A DNA stretch of 64,000 nucleotides. Origin: Fistulifera solaris. Its lineage: Eukaryota. The stretch's first letter is position 1. Every line of letters starts with the position of its first letter. A program made the position numbers and the translations under genes. The DNA is taken from positions 558,001-622,000 of the forward strand of contig AP026132.1 of the NCBI GenBank assembly GCA_030295235.1. The letters run 5' to 3'. The notes under the pieces are model-generated. The model ran no database searches. It was not told where the DNA came from and saw only the letters and a list, made by a program, of their open reading frames with translations. Shown one piece after another: positions 25,510 to 37,231 of the stretch.

Positions 25510-26346
25510 GAACGCAGCGCCATGGTTTGTGCACGCATTTGGTCCTTAGTTTTGTCTTATCGACCTCGAACAGCATCTTTACGCGGAATCGCCTCTGCTT
25601 TCGAATGGCGTGATAGCAAACGCAGTAACTGAAGAGCATCAATATGTTTCGTATTTTTACTACAAGAACCTTCTCAGCTTTTTGGATTTTTTGTCAATGG
25701 TTCAACTTAGATTATGTTGCATGCGAACCACCCATTTATTATTTAGGCCCTCAGACTAGCTGCTTCACTGTTGTCCGTTCTTCAAGCTTTTATGTATAAG
25801 TTCAAGATGTAGTTACCTCGGCAGCATTTGCAATCGCAACATTTCGACGATCATTTAGTGCGTCGAAAGCCTCGCGACACTAACGAACACGACTGGATTT
25901 CAGTCATGATCGAAATTCGGAAACCGATTGAAACGGCAACCAATGGGTCCACAAAATTGTGATGGCTTTGTTGTTTCTAGCTATCATTTTCGGTCAAATT
26001 GTTCCCTTTTGTACTGTAGCAGAAACTCAATCGAATGCTCCTTTTCTCTTTGTCGTTGAGAAGAGAATGACCTTAGCCTTAGTGATCACGATACATTCAC
26101 GGCTTGGTACACAATTGGACGTAGAGAGCTACGACCCGTAGACTTTATACTGGGTTTCTCGTAGAGCATTGTTGGGCTCGATCAATGGCGCGCGCGGAGC
26201 AGACACTTTCTCGGCGCGAAAAAGGACGACCTTTTTTTGTGCCTCGCACCGCACAACATCGAAGCAAGAAAACATTGCTGTTCTTGTTCCGCATCTTCGA
26301 TATAAAAGCCTTCATATCACTTCATTTTCAGCGAAAACACGGAAAG

Positions 26347-27026
26347 ATGACTACGATGGCAAGTACTGGTAAACGCACTGCGGAGGAAGCTGAATTGAAT
26401 GACGCGGCTGCGTCGAACAAGATAAGTCCTTACAATCGTTACTTTGCTGATGTACGAGCGTTCATCAAGGATGAAGTCAAGAATGGACTGGGACCGATGC
26501 TCATCAAGGGTGTTGAAGATGACAGTAGTGAAGATGAGGATGAACAGATTGACGCTGACGATCTCACGACGGAGCAGATGCAAGCGTTTCGTGTCGTCGC
26601 GATTACTCAGAACCGCGAGAAGCAGCTTCACAGCATGCGAGAGCTAGTCTTGGTGATCAAGCCAATGATACCGTGCTGATGTTCAATACCTCTTTCAGCT
26701 ATCATGTGGATGCAACGTGGGACTCTGTGAAGAAAAGCCTTAGTCGCACGAAAGATCCTTCCCAGAAGCTCGATATGCTCTTTGCTTACTCCTACAACTT
26801 GGATGAGTTTGATGTCTGGATGCACGACAATGAGGGTGATATGGGACGAATTGTCAAAGGACTAGCGACTGCTTGGAAATCCCTCTTGACCAAGCATTCA
26901 GACGAGGCGCTAGGATGGGATTGCAAGTACACCAAACCGGGAATGATGCAGTTTTTGACTCAGTTCAAAAGCAAGATTGAGGGCACGCCCAAGTACATGA
27001 AACTCGGTAAATTCAACTTTCAGTGA
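26347..27026 (+). CDS. Unknown-function family protein, tandem paralogue 3
   Basis: ATG at 26347, frameshift near 26652 (VL/GDQAND); same motifs, ending LGWDCKYTKPGMMQFL..GKFNFQ. Confidence 0.78.
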
Positions 27027-27555
27027 ATTGCACGGTCTCGAGCGTTGCTTTGCCGATGTCGAAAAGATGCTTTGACTTGGAGGTATCAAATCTTTCAGAT
27101 CGACAGCTCCCCCTATTGCCAGATGCATAGTACCACTTTCTTGATAATCCGGTAGATATTCACGATTTGTTTTGACTATTCTTTTTATGCTTTTGTTAGT
27201 TAAACTCGTTAAGGAGTGCACTCGACAAGTGTGTGAGCTGCTGTGAGCTGCTGCCTATGTATATTATTGTCAGTTTTTGCATTTGCTCCCTATGAACACA
27301 TTTAACGCACGACTTACTTGAATTAATCTTTCAGAAGTTACAGGGTATTCGGACTTGAAAGCAATCGTACTGTAGGTTGACCGACCGCTAAAGGTCTAGA
27401 TCGTCTAGCATGTTCGCCGTTCATACAAAACTAAGGTCGCATTCGTGACTCGTAAGAAAGCCCGTGACTCAGGTGATGTTCGTTTTCCACCATTGGATTT
27501 TTTCATTCGAAGGCAATGAAGAAAAGCCTGCTACTGCAAGAAATATGCCCTCACA

Positions 27556-30348
27556 ATGATATATCCCATCATATTGATTTTGTGCTTTCGCATCGATAGA
27601 GTTCTCGGGTGGCAGGGAAACCTACTGCGCACGCAATACGCTTTGGGAATAGCCAACACGCGGCAACCGACCGTTCTCTGTGCAGCCACGGAAGACGGAA
27701 GCGACGACGATGTTCTGCTAGAAGGCAACGAGGAAGAATACATTTACGCTCCTCAATCGGACGATGAGTCTTTTCTGTCTGAATCAGAGACAGCGCGACA
27801 AGCAAATGAATTAGCGGCGATAGGAGGAAATCATATCGAATTACAAACCGAGATATCCAATTCATTCCTGCAATACGCCTTGTCGATCATTTTAGGTCGG
27901 GCGATTCCTGACGCTCGCGATGGTATGAAACCAGTACATAGGAGAATTCTCTACGCGATGGATCAACTGAACCTACGACCGAACACTCCACACAGAAAGT
28001 GTGCTCGAGTTGTCGGTGAAGTACTCGGAAAGTTCCATCCGCATGGTGATGTCGCCGTATACGACGCACTTGTACGTTTGGCGCAAACATTTTCGACGAA
28101 CTATCCCCTCATTGATGGGCATGGGAACTTTGGTTCCATTGATGCCGATCCAGCTGCGGCTATGCGTTACACAGAAGCGCGGCTAACATCGCTCTCGAAA
28201 GAAGCTATACTCGACGAGCTTGAGGAAGATACGGTGGATCTTGTACCGAACTTTGACGGCAATGAGCTAGAACCTAATGTTCTACCAGCAAAGCTACCTA
28301 TTCTTCTTCTTAACGGTGCATCTGGTATCGCTGTCGGCATGGCGACGAATATTCCTCCGCACAATCTGAGAGAACTCATGGCGGGTTGTGAGGCGCTCAT
28401 TGACTCGAGACTGGACGGGGGACACCCTGTGACCGACGAAAAACTCTTTAAGTTGATACCTGCACCAGATTTTCCCACGGGAGCTATCATTGTTGGCACA
28501 TCGGGCGCCAAACAGCTGTACAAGACAAGTAACGGTGGTGTCGTGATGCGAGCCACTACACAGATGGAAGAAATTGTTACAAAAAAGAAAGGAACACGCA
28601 CTGCCATCATTGTGACACAGTTACCGTACCAAGTCAACAAAGCGGCATTGTTGGAGAAAATCGCAGCACTCGTGAACGAAAAGAAATTGGATGGGATTGC
28701 TGATCTACGTGACGAATCTGATCGCGACGGTATCCGCGTTGTCATTGAGCTCAAACGAGATGCTGTACCTCAGGTCGTCTTAAACAATCTGTTCAAGAAA
28801 ACCGCGTTGCAAACTACTTTCTCCGGAAATTTCCTGGCGCTTTTCGGAGGATCGAATAACGAAAAGAGTCTCGTACCACAGCGCTTTACGTTGAGGGAGG
28901 CACTCGATTCGTTCATTGACTTTCGATTTTCGACGCTGCGCCGAAAAGCCGCCTTTCGTCTTTCCAAAGTAGAAGCGCGAGCCAACATCGTCAACGGCCT
29001 TCTACTCGCACTCAAACATGTGGATTGGATCATAGAAACGATTCAAAAAGCACAGGATCTAGATGCAGCACGGAAGCAAATTGAGGATGAAATCGGCCTC
29101 AATGCGGAGCAGACTGATGCAGTGCTGAAACTCCAACTAGGCCAGCTAACGAGGCTGAATCAGGAAAAGCTTGAAAGCGAAATAAGGTCACTTGAGAGTT
29201 CAAGACAAGAACTTCAGGAGCTTTTAGAAAACGATCACACTGTGTACGAAACGATGAAGACCGAATTTCGTGAACTTTCGGTGAAGTTCGGACGCGATAG
29301 ACAAAGCCGCATTTTGCCCGAGGAAGACGGTGAAATTGACGAAGTTGATCTAATTACAAACTCTAGATCGGTGATCGTGGTAACCAGAGGAGGGTATATA
29401 AAACGAATGCCATTGAAAACATTTGAAAGCCAGAACAGAGGCACCAGAGGCAAACGAGGTACTTCGGATAGTGGAACACTAGAGAGTCAAGTCTCCCAGT
29501 GCTTTACTTGCAATGACCACGACACATTACTGATGGTTACGCAGAAGGGTGTTGCCTACGGCTTACGAGCCTATCAAGTACCGATTGCGACTAGGACAGC
29601 AAAAGGACAGCCGATTCCCCAGGTTCTCCCGATTCGAAGTGACGAAATGATCACAGCTGTACTACCCGTTTCCAGATTTTCCGATGATGAATATATTGTT
29701 CTTGCAACTGAACAAGGGTGGATAAAAAAGACAGCTTTGTCATCTTTCGAGAAGCTGACCACTCGTGGGCTAATCATCGCTACAGTCGAGGAAAGTGACA
29801 GTCTACAATGGTGTCAACCATGCAAAGACGGGGATGACATTTTAGTTGGCAGTGCTATGGGAAAAGCGATGCGTTTCGAAGCATCGAAACTTCGACCCAC
29901 AGGACGAACTAGCCGTGGAGTGAAATCCATGACGTTGCGTGAAGGGGACAGAATTGCTGGCTTCAATGTGCTCAGCGGAGGTCAAGCTAAGCTTGAATCC
30001 GAAGAGTATGTTCTTGCCGTCACCTCAATGGGTTTTGGAAAACGCATCAACACTAGTGAATTTCGAGCTCAAAATAGAGGAGGACAGGGTGTTATAGCAC
30101 TTCATTTCAAAAAGGGTTTTGAGCAAGATGAAATGAGGTGTCTTCAAATTGTGAAGGAAGAAGACGAAATACTTGTCATTACATCGAAAGGCGTCATGGT
30201 GAGACAGCAAGTATCCCAAATTCCCTCACAAGGAAGATCGGCCACGGGTGTCATGGTACAAAAGTTAGATGCGGGAGACCAGATTGTGGGCGTTAGCATC
30301 GTTCCCGAGATGGGGGAAAATGAGAATGAGTTTGAAGACGCTAACTGA
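27556..30348 (+). CDS. gyrA: DNA gyrase subunit A, nucleus-encoded organellar
   Basis: RAIPDARDGMKPVHRR, GKFHPHGD, DGHGNFGS, catalytic AAMRYTE, GIAVGMATNIPPHN, GyrA-box-like QNRGTRGK, C-terminal pinwheel repeats; N-terminal signal plus transit-like extension; intact 930 aa. Confidence 0.96.
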   Translation: MIYPIILILCFRIDRVLGWQGNLLRTQYALGIANTRQPTVLCAATEDGSDDDVLLEGNEEEYIYAPQSDDESFLSESETARQANELAAIGGNHIELQTEISNSFLQYALSIILGRAIPDARDGMKPVHRRILYAMDQLNLRPNTPHRKCARVVGEVLGKFHPHGDVAVYDALVRLAQTFSTNYPLIDGHGNFGSIDADPAAAMRYTEARLTSLSKEAILDELEEDTVDLVPNFDGNELEPNVLPAKLPILLLNGASGIAVGMATNIPPHNLRELMAGCEALIDSRLDGGHPVTDEKLFKLIPAPDFPTGAIIVGTSGAKQLYKTSNGGVVMRATTQMEEIVTKKKGTRTAIIVTQLPYQVNKAALLEKIAALVNEKKLDGIADLRDESDRDGIRVVIELKRDAVPQVVLNNLFKKTALQTTFSGNFLALFGGSNNEKSLVPQRFTLREALDSFIDFRFSTLRRKAAFRLSKVEARANIVNGLLLALKHVDWIIETIQKAQDLDAARKQIEDEIGLNAEQTDAVLKLQLGQLTRLNQEKLESEIRSLESSRQELQELLENDHTVYETMKTEFRELSVKFGRDRQSRILPEEDGEIDEVDLITNSRSVIVVTRGGYIKRMPLKTFESQNRGTRGKRGTSDSGTLESQVSQCFTCNDHDTLLMVTQKGVAYGLRAYQVPIATRTAKGQPIPQVLPIRSDEMITAVLPVSRFSDDEYIVLATEQGWIKKTALSSFEKLTTRGLIIATVEESDSLQWCQPCKDGDDILVGSAMGKAMRFEASKLRPTGRTSRGVKSMTLREGDRIAGFNVLSGGQAKLESEEYVLAVTSMGFGKRINTSEFRAQNRGGQGVIALHFKKGFEQDEMRCLQIVKEEDEILVITSKGVMVRQQVSQIPSQGRSATGVMVQKLDAGDQIVGVSIVPEMGENENEFEDAN

Positions 30349-30833
30349 TCAGGATCTGCATACTATCATAGGTAAACCTGCACGGAGTACTAGATTGTTG
30401 AATTTTTAAACGACAGTACACGCTTCGATTAAGGAGTCAAATACGGATTATGGAGTATTATTTTGGGTGGTTTAGCTAGAGACCTTTATGGTAGCTTTGA
30501 TTTTACTTCATCTTGCTACTCTAGACTCTAGAGAGACCTAAACTATACGTAGCGAAAATTTATAAGATGGGACTGTTGCTGACGCCTGTGATGAAGGCGG
30601 AAAAGTGAGGAGTCGTCGATCGTCGATCTATACTCCCGACGCGACATTGGTGGTACGACATCAGACATCATCTGTCATTCCTTCGTGGATCTATAAGTGT
30701 CGGTCCGTTCGACCATGAGAGGAACTAAGTAGATGAAACATTAAATCAAATTAACTCCAACAGACTACGGTAGCAAGAGGGCTTTCATCGCGGTTGCAAG
30801 AACTTAAAATCCCTTGCAAAGAAGAAAACGAAA

Positions 30834-31270
30834 TGACTCATGACTCAATCCAGTCATGACAAATGTCGCCTTCACTTTGGGGCTATAGTAAGTCAATGTG
30901 TAAAATAATTATCTCGAAGGCTTTTTCACGCAACAACTGCAATAATGCATTTCAAAGAATGCGGATCGCTAGTACTATGCTTTCAACAGCTTTACATTTT
31001 TATTTTTGTTCTAGCTATGTGTTGTCAATGCAATCCTTATCGGTGTTTTTTGGATCATGAATCATGACTCATATCCAGTTGTGGCAAAGTCGCGCTCACA
31101 CTTTAGCCTATAGTAAAAATGGAAAAATCATTTTGAGAAACTTTTTCACGCCCAAAAAAATTGTGGTTGAGCATTTCAACTGAAATTATCAGCTAAACCA
31201 TTATCTTCTATTGTACGTGTTTGCATTTATTCATAGAGCTAGATCCTATGTTTTAGCATTTTTGGTGTCC
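30834..31270 (+). repeat. Degenerate ~224-bp tandem duplication in an AT-rich intergenic region
   Basis: Units start at 30834 and 31058 and share TGAmTCATGACTCA, ATCCAGT, GTCGC, CACTTT, CTATAGTAA, CTTTTTCACGC and GCATTTCAA. Confidence 0.65.
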
Positions 31271-32372
31271 ATCGTTCTCCTCATTTTTTTGACTCCAAAT
31301 CTAGTCGTGTCATAGTGCCGTAAACCAACACTTTAGTCCATACTACATTGGGGCATACACTTTCGTGCCATAGAAATTCAGTTCTCCACATTGGCAATAA
31401 AGCACGTTTGTGATAAAAGATCGCGATCGAGAGGTGCGTTATTTGGCCAAATGCCTTTGATGTCGACGAAACACATCTTCGTGTATTTTTTGCAATCACT
31501 CATTAAAGAATTACAGTCGCAAAGTATTTCATCTTTTGTGTTGGACCTTGATGGAATAGCGCGGTAGTTGCTGTGATTCGAATGAGTGTTTCGAAGTTAT
31601 GAATCACCAAAGAAAAAATCAAGATTGCAAGTAAGGCAACGAAGACGAATCTTATCCCGAAAATGGATTCATTAGAGCTTTTCGTCGTTAATACAGAGCT
31701 ACGGACCTGTCTTCGTTTTGCTGTAGCCCTGCCTTGTTCTCCTTGTATTACACGCGGCTTTGTAAGGTTACCACTTCCCACCGGCGACAAAACAACAATT
31801 CACCCAACTGGAACAAGCGACGAGAGCCTTATTGCAAAAGTCGGGTACTTTAACGGAGGTGAAAACTTGATTCAAAATTGACACACACTATTGTCTACAT
31901 TGGGTACCGAACGGCTGGAATTGGCCGTCGAACGCAAGCAGGTTTACGCTATAATAAAGGTTGATGTGATTCTCGGAAGCGATGGTACTTTTAACGCCTG
32001 TTGCAAAACCATCAACTTAGTTCAGGGTTCAGAGTAACTTGATTATTTAGGAGCAACTACCAGGTTTTGACATTAATAGACTTAGGGCATAAAGCAAACC
32101 CTGTTAGGCGAAAAGAATACTCGGTAACCTTACAAGTTACAAGTATCATCGTCAAGGAAAGGTTTCTAATTGCAGGTCAACGGATACATAGATCGATTTG
32201 TAATTAAGCAATAACGGTTTTCAACGAAGCGGAACTGCCCGTTAGAACATTAAGATGAATTATACTAGGATCATATTTTGTCATGATAAAAAAGCAAAGA
32301 ATCGTCCAACACAAAATAGTACAAGAGAACATGTTTTGAGGGACTTTGCTATCTAAGAGAAAGTAGTGAAGG

Positions 32373-34167
32373 ATGACACACCAAGGGTCATTTACACTTA
32401 TTTTCCTATACAAAATCGAAATTTTGTCGATTCGATCTTTGAAATCCTTCCCCCCACACCCCCATGCCAAAACGAAAAGATCACTTTTCGGATACCGGTA
32501 CGATAATTTGGTCAGCATTGAAACAACATCCTTAGCCGTTGGAGGCCTACCAGCGTAAAATGAATGCAGTAAATGCGAGCAATAAAATAATGGAAGGGTT
32601 GTTTGATGATCATTATTTGAAGTTCATGTCAACGGTTCATGTCAACAATCAACAGAACCCCTGCACACTGTACTACGTCGCCACAGACGAGTCGATAGAC
32701 GGAGAGGACGAGGCAATATGCGTTGGTACTCATGCTCGGTGTCTTTCTGGTTGTGCATAATCTGTACGCACTCCACAGACCCCTCATATAGCAAAGAAAT
32801 TGCTTCTATCGCCTACCATAAACTGGATCAGGAACGCGATGATTTGGGTGATCTACGTCGCCGAGAAGCAAGTGAACGAAAAAGGTGGGAAGAATACCGA
32901 ATAAGCTTGGAAGCTTCTGAAGAGCCGCACAAAGTCATTGACAACAATAGCGAAAGAAAACAAAAACCAGTAAATGGCGAGCGACCCGATTCTCATGCCT
33001 CAGCAGGTTACAAAAATCAGTCATTCCCAAACTACTCTTACTTTGACGAGGCACGTCAAACTTTCGGTATTGGTGGACTAGACGATGTCTGGAGTGAGAT
33101 AAAACGACGCATCTGGATTCCATTGCTCACTCCCCCAAACATTCTACAGGAGCTTGGACTGATATCCTCAACAACAGGTACTCGACCTGTGCAAGGGCTG
33201 CTCTTATATGGACCCCCTGGTTGTGGAAAAACATTGATTGCTAAGAATTTATCAAGGCTACTTTCTCCTTTGCGGTAAGTCGCCAAAAGATAGAATCGGG
33301 GCGACTGATTCAATTCTAATATATTCCTGATTCTTTTCAAGTCTAGACCTATATCTATGGTATCAGGGCCCGAAATACTGGAAAAGTATGTAGGTTCGAG
33401 CGAACGAAACTTACGACAAATTTTTGACCACCCACCCCCAGTTTATGACGCTATCCAAAAGAGTCAGCCGTCTTTCAGTCAAGCTCTTGAAAACACAGCC
33501 TTGCATGTTATAGGTAAGTCATGCTGACTTTTATGCGGCACCTGTAATATCACTTCCTCACTCCAAAACGATACTACCAGTATTTGATGAGTTCGATGCG
33601 ATTTCGCGACGTCGTGGGGGTGATCATCAAACGGATGCAGGTATTGCGAGAGATAGTCTAGTCAATCAGCTTCTTGCCAAAATGGACGGTATTGACCCAC
33701 TTCCAGTCCCTACTCTCGTCATAGCATTGACAAACCAGCGGCATTTGATTGACCCGGCGCTGTTGCGAGCTGGACGATTTGAAATACAGATTGAGATTCC
33801 ACCCCCTCGAAGTGTTGAGCAACGAATCAGCATACTTCAAGTGCATACAAGAGCCATGTACTCTTCAGGGCGTTTGCTAGTGCGTGATCCTCCGGAAGGT
33901 ACAGTTGCGTTTCGCATGTCCAGGACCACGTTGCAATCGCTACCAACATACCCGAAACTATTGTACGACATTGCACGCATGTGCGATGGATTTACCGGCG
34001 CATCCTTGGCCAGTGTTGTCCGAGCCGCCGCTAGTCGAGCTCTTGAGCGGGCAGTTGAATGGAATCAAACACATATAGAAGATTGCGTTGTCACCGAAGA
34101 ATACCTGAAGCAGGCGGTCGAAGAAGTGAAGTCACTAGAGCAACCTAATGAACCGTTAAAGGAATAA
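32373..34167 (+). CDS. NSF/Sec18-like single-domain AAA+ ATPase (start uncertain)
   Basis: GIGGLD, Walker A GPPGCGKT, SGPEILEKYVGSSE, Walker B LHVIVFDEFD, VNQLLAKMDG, SRH TN..IDPALLRAGRFE. Introns 33275-33346 and 33514-33580 restore the frame; the 5' part is frameshifted. Confidence 0.8.
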
Positions 34168-34258
34168 TGATTTTGCTTGAAAGCTTCCACATTTACTTAA
34201 CTACACATAATAAAAGTTAGTCGTTACAAAGCAAATCGCTTGACGGAACAAAGCAAAT

Positions 34259-35418
34259 CTATTTTCTCTTTCGTTGGCTGATTTCTTTGTCAACCTTCTT
34301 CTGAATCATTTTGTGGACAAGCTTATCGGCTTTGGCTTTTTTCTTTGAAACACCACTTTTGTGCGGAGTCGTCGTCTTTGGTGCACCGCGAGCTCGCTTC
34401 TTTTTCTCTTTACTCGCTTTCTCATCTTTAGCTAGCAGTCGTCGAAGAGCTCCGACAACTTTAGCTTTATCTTCCGCAACTCTGCCATCGCTTCCACCAG
34501 GCTTCGTTTTACTTTTTTGTGGTTTCTCTTCTCTGATAGTGACGGAAGTCTTGCCCACAGTTTGCTGTTCTTTGCTCTTTCGTTTTTCTTTGCGACAAGG
34601 CATTACCCGAAGCTCCCTATCTTTGTATTTTGTGCCGGGCACACATCTCAGGGCGGTTGCTTGAAGTGCACTGCTAGTGAATAAAACATAGCCAAACCCT
34701 TTCGAGGCAAACGTTTCCTTGTCCCGAATGACTCGCACGGCTTCAATATCTTCTTCTTCGCAACTACAGTGCTTGGCGAAGTGTTGATGCAAACCCGTTT
34801 CAGCATCAGCATCATCAAAGGGAAGATTTCCTACGAAAACCGCTCGTTTCGTATTTTCTGTCCAACTCGGGACAGCAGTATCCACCCGAATGCGCCTTCC
34901 GTCTTCTAGTTTGGTGTTGTTGAGTAGTAAAGCCTTTTGTACGGCGTCGTCGGTCTCAAAGAGCACATAACCGTGTACCGATGCTTTGACATTTGCATTC
35001 AGTTTTCCTGTCAGAAAAGCAGCCTTTTTCACCAAATCCGGATCACGTGCTCTCGCAACCCTCACTGGAGTTATAGCCGCGGATCGGATACGCGTGGTCA
35101 CGACCTTGCCACAGCTGGCAAAGAGATTTCCTAAATGTTTACGTGTCATGTCGACAGGGAGATTTCCCACAAAAATAGTTAACTTCTCCTGTCTTTCTTG
35201 CTCTTCTTTTTCACTCTCTCATCCTCCTTCTTTTGTCGCTTCGCCGATGGATTAAAAGTTTCTTTTCTGTCTTCTTCATGTCTCTTGGTTGTAAATATTG
35301 TCGTATCTGTCTCTCCGTTTTCGATAGGCGGATGATGGTGAGCTTTCTCGTTAAACAGCTCCAAAGAAACCGGCTTCTCCTCGCGATCACCAAATATTGA
35401 GGTGAGTAATGATGCCAT
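34259..35418 (-). CDS. RBM34: Nucleolar RNA-binding protein RBM34/Nop12 (two RRMs)
   Basis: MASLLTSIFG start; RRM1 TIFVGNLP..VHGYVLF..GRRIRVD; RRM2 AVFVGNLPFD..AVRVIRDKETFASKGFGYVLF; Lys-rich tail; one frameshift near 35250. Confidence 0.82.
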
Positions 35419-36032
35419 TTCGAATACTTCTTATGAATTGATAGGGCAGCACTTCAATGGGTAATAGGAGGCTTGTCGTTATTGTTGCGGAACTTTTTTT
35501 TTCTGCAGACGACGCAGCAGGTTTTTGGTTGGTGTGTTTTATGATCTTTCGCGGTCTTCCGGAGGATGGACAGGTCACTATGATGTACAGTATACTGTAG
35601 CGAGTAGATGACGCACCTTCTCAGACTTAACTGATGTTCGGTCCCGTCAAATGTTTCTCACTATCTTTATTACCACCATTCGACTCATGGTTGCGAGAGG
35701 CGTTGACTATAAATCAGTTATTTCTTCAATAGTGAATGACTTTTGTGAATAAAAGCTTACCGAGTAATCCTTATTATTTTCATGGTGCTAAAGTAAACAA
35801 CATTACAACATCAAGCGTAAAACTATGAATTACTATACATCCAAAGTGTATGGGACACATCCCCGCGACTGGATGTCAGTCACGAAAAGGTGACCGTTGA
35901 CCGCCTTGCGCATTTTTATTGCGCTGCTATTTCTGCGCATTCGACTATTGAAACAATTGCAATATACTGATACTGGTACGTTTCTTAATTACCAAATGCA
36001 CTTGAGATCTTTTCCAAGCATTATTCAACATC

Positions 36033-37149
36033 ATGGCCGCTTTGGTAAGTGCTCGTTTAATTAAACGCAATGGTGTGTTTTACTGTAAGCGTTGATTCAT
36101 TGTTGATACCATTCCCTTACCTCGTACTTTTTGTCTTGGCTGTCTATGTTTTTCTCGTTAACTGTGGTTGTATAAACTTATACGACGCAACAACCCACAG
36201 GACGATGAATTGAGTGTGTTTGAGAATTCCGAGGACGCAGGGGTTGATGGTATTGAGACACTCCCCCTGCAGGACTCAAAGACGAAGAAAAAGAGACAAG
36301 GTCCCACTCTGCGAAAGGCTCCGCAGGCTCCAAAACGATTTAAAAGTTCATACATTTGCTTCTTTACGGCCAAGCAAAGTGAGATTAAGAAAGAATTGGG
36401 AGAAGGTGCGAGCATTGAATCTATATCGAAGCGCTCGTCAGAATTGTGGAGGAATCTTTCGCCAGAAGACCGAAAACACTGGGACGATGTTGCTGCTAAG
36501 GACAAGCAGCGGTTTCTGGACGAAAAGAGGGCTTACATAGGACCATGGAAAGTGTCATGTAGGAGAAAGAAGAAGGACCCTACTGGTAAGTCTGTGATAT
36601 GTCGATTGCATGAGATAGAGGTACGAAACTAACGAGCCGTTCAGCACCTCGCCGACCTATGTCAGCCTTCTTGTTCTTTAGCATGGGCAAACGAAAGGAG
36701 CTGAGTGAGAAAAATCCTGACATGAAGAACACGGAAATTTCACGCATTTTGGGTCAGATGTGGCGCTCACTCACTGATGATGAACGCCATCCTTTTGTGC
36801 AGAAAGAAAAAGACGAACGGGAAAAGTACACGGCAGCAATGAATGCTTGGAAGCAAAAGAAAGACGAAGACATGCAGAAAACTCAAAATAATCCAACGAT
36901 TGGCATTCCTCCTGGTATGAATCTATCTTTTATGTTTCATGGTCCTTATGCTGCCAGGTTGGGATGCCCGCCGATAGCCTACCCTTTGCGGCAAATGCGA
37001 AACAGCCCATTGTTCTAGGTCCGACCGGAATGCCTCACTGGAAGCCCCCCTCACAAGTAACAAGAGTCACTCCTCGTCCAGCGAATCAGCCACAACTCAA
37101 TCTAGCAATTTTTGATGACATGATGCCCCCAGACCCCACCTTTGATTGA
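36033..37149 (+). CDS. Tandem HMG-box protein
   Basis: Box 1 APKRFKSSYICFF..WRNLSPEDRKHW; box 2 KDPTAPRRPMSAFLFF..ISRILGQMWRSL; introns 36045-36200 and 36586-36644; probable frameshift near 36985. Confidence 0.85.
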
Positions 37150-37231
37150 TAATAATGTCAACGTGCTCTCGGACGCGTCTATCACCACTTGTAACACTAC
37201 TTTCTAGCATTTTCTACTTCAATCTATCTTT

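Noticed and set aside
27556..30348. gyrA as bacterial contamination or a recent transfer
   Set aside because: It has a eukaryotic targeting extension, no operon context or gyrB, and intron-containing neighbours; nuclear gyrase genes are normal in algae.
31281..31790. Possible decayed type II membrane protein gene on the minus strand
   Set aside because: Only a hydrophobic stretch in short broken ORFs; no family motif.
35580..35634. C/D snoRNA-like ATGATGT...CTGA with an 11-nt complement to 28S 15178-15188
   Set aside because: Too short (55 nt), imperfect C box, and the complement ends 6 nt before the D box, so the guide geometry is wrong.
36045..36200. Longer HMG intron as a snoRNA host
   Set aside because: No convincing C/D or H/ACA boxes or rRNA complement found.
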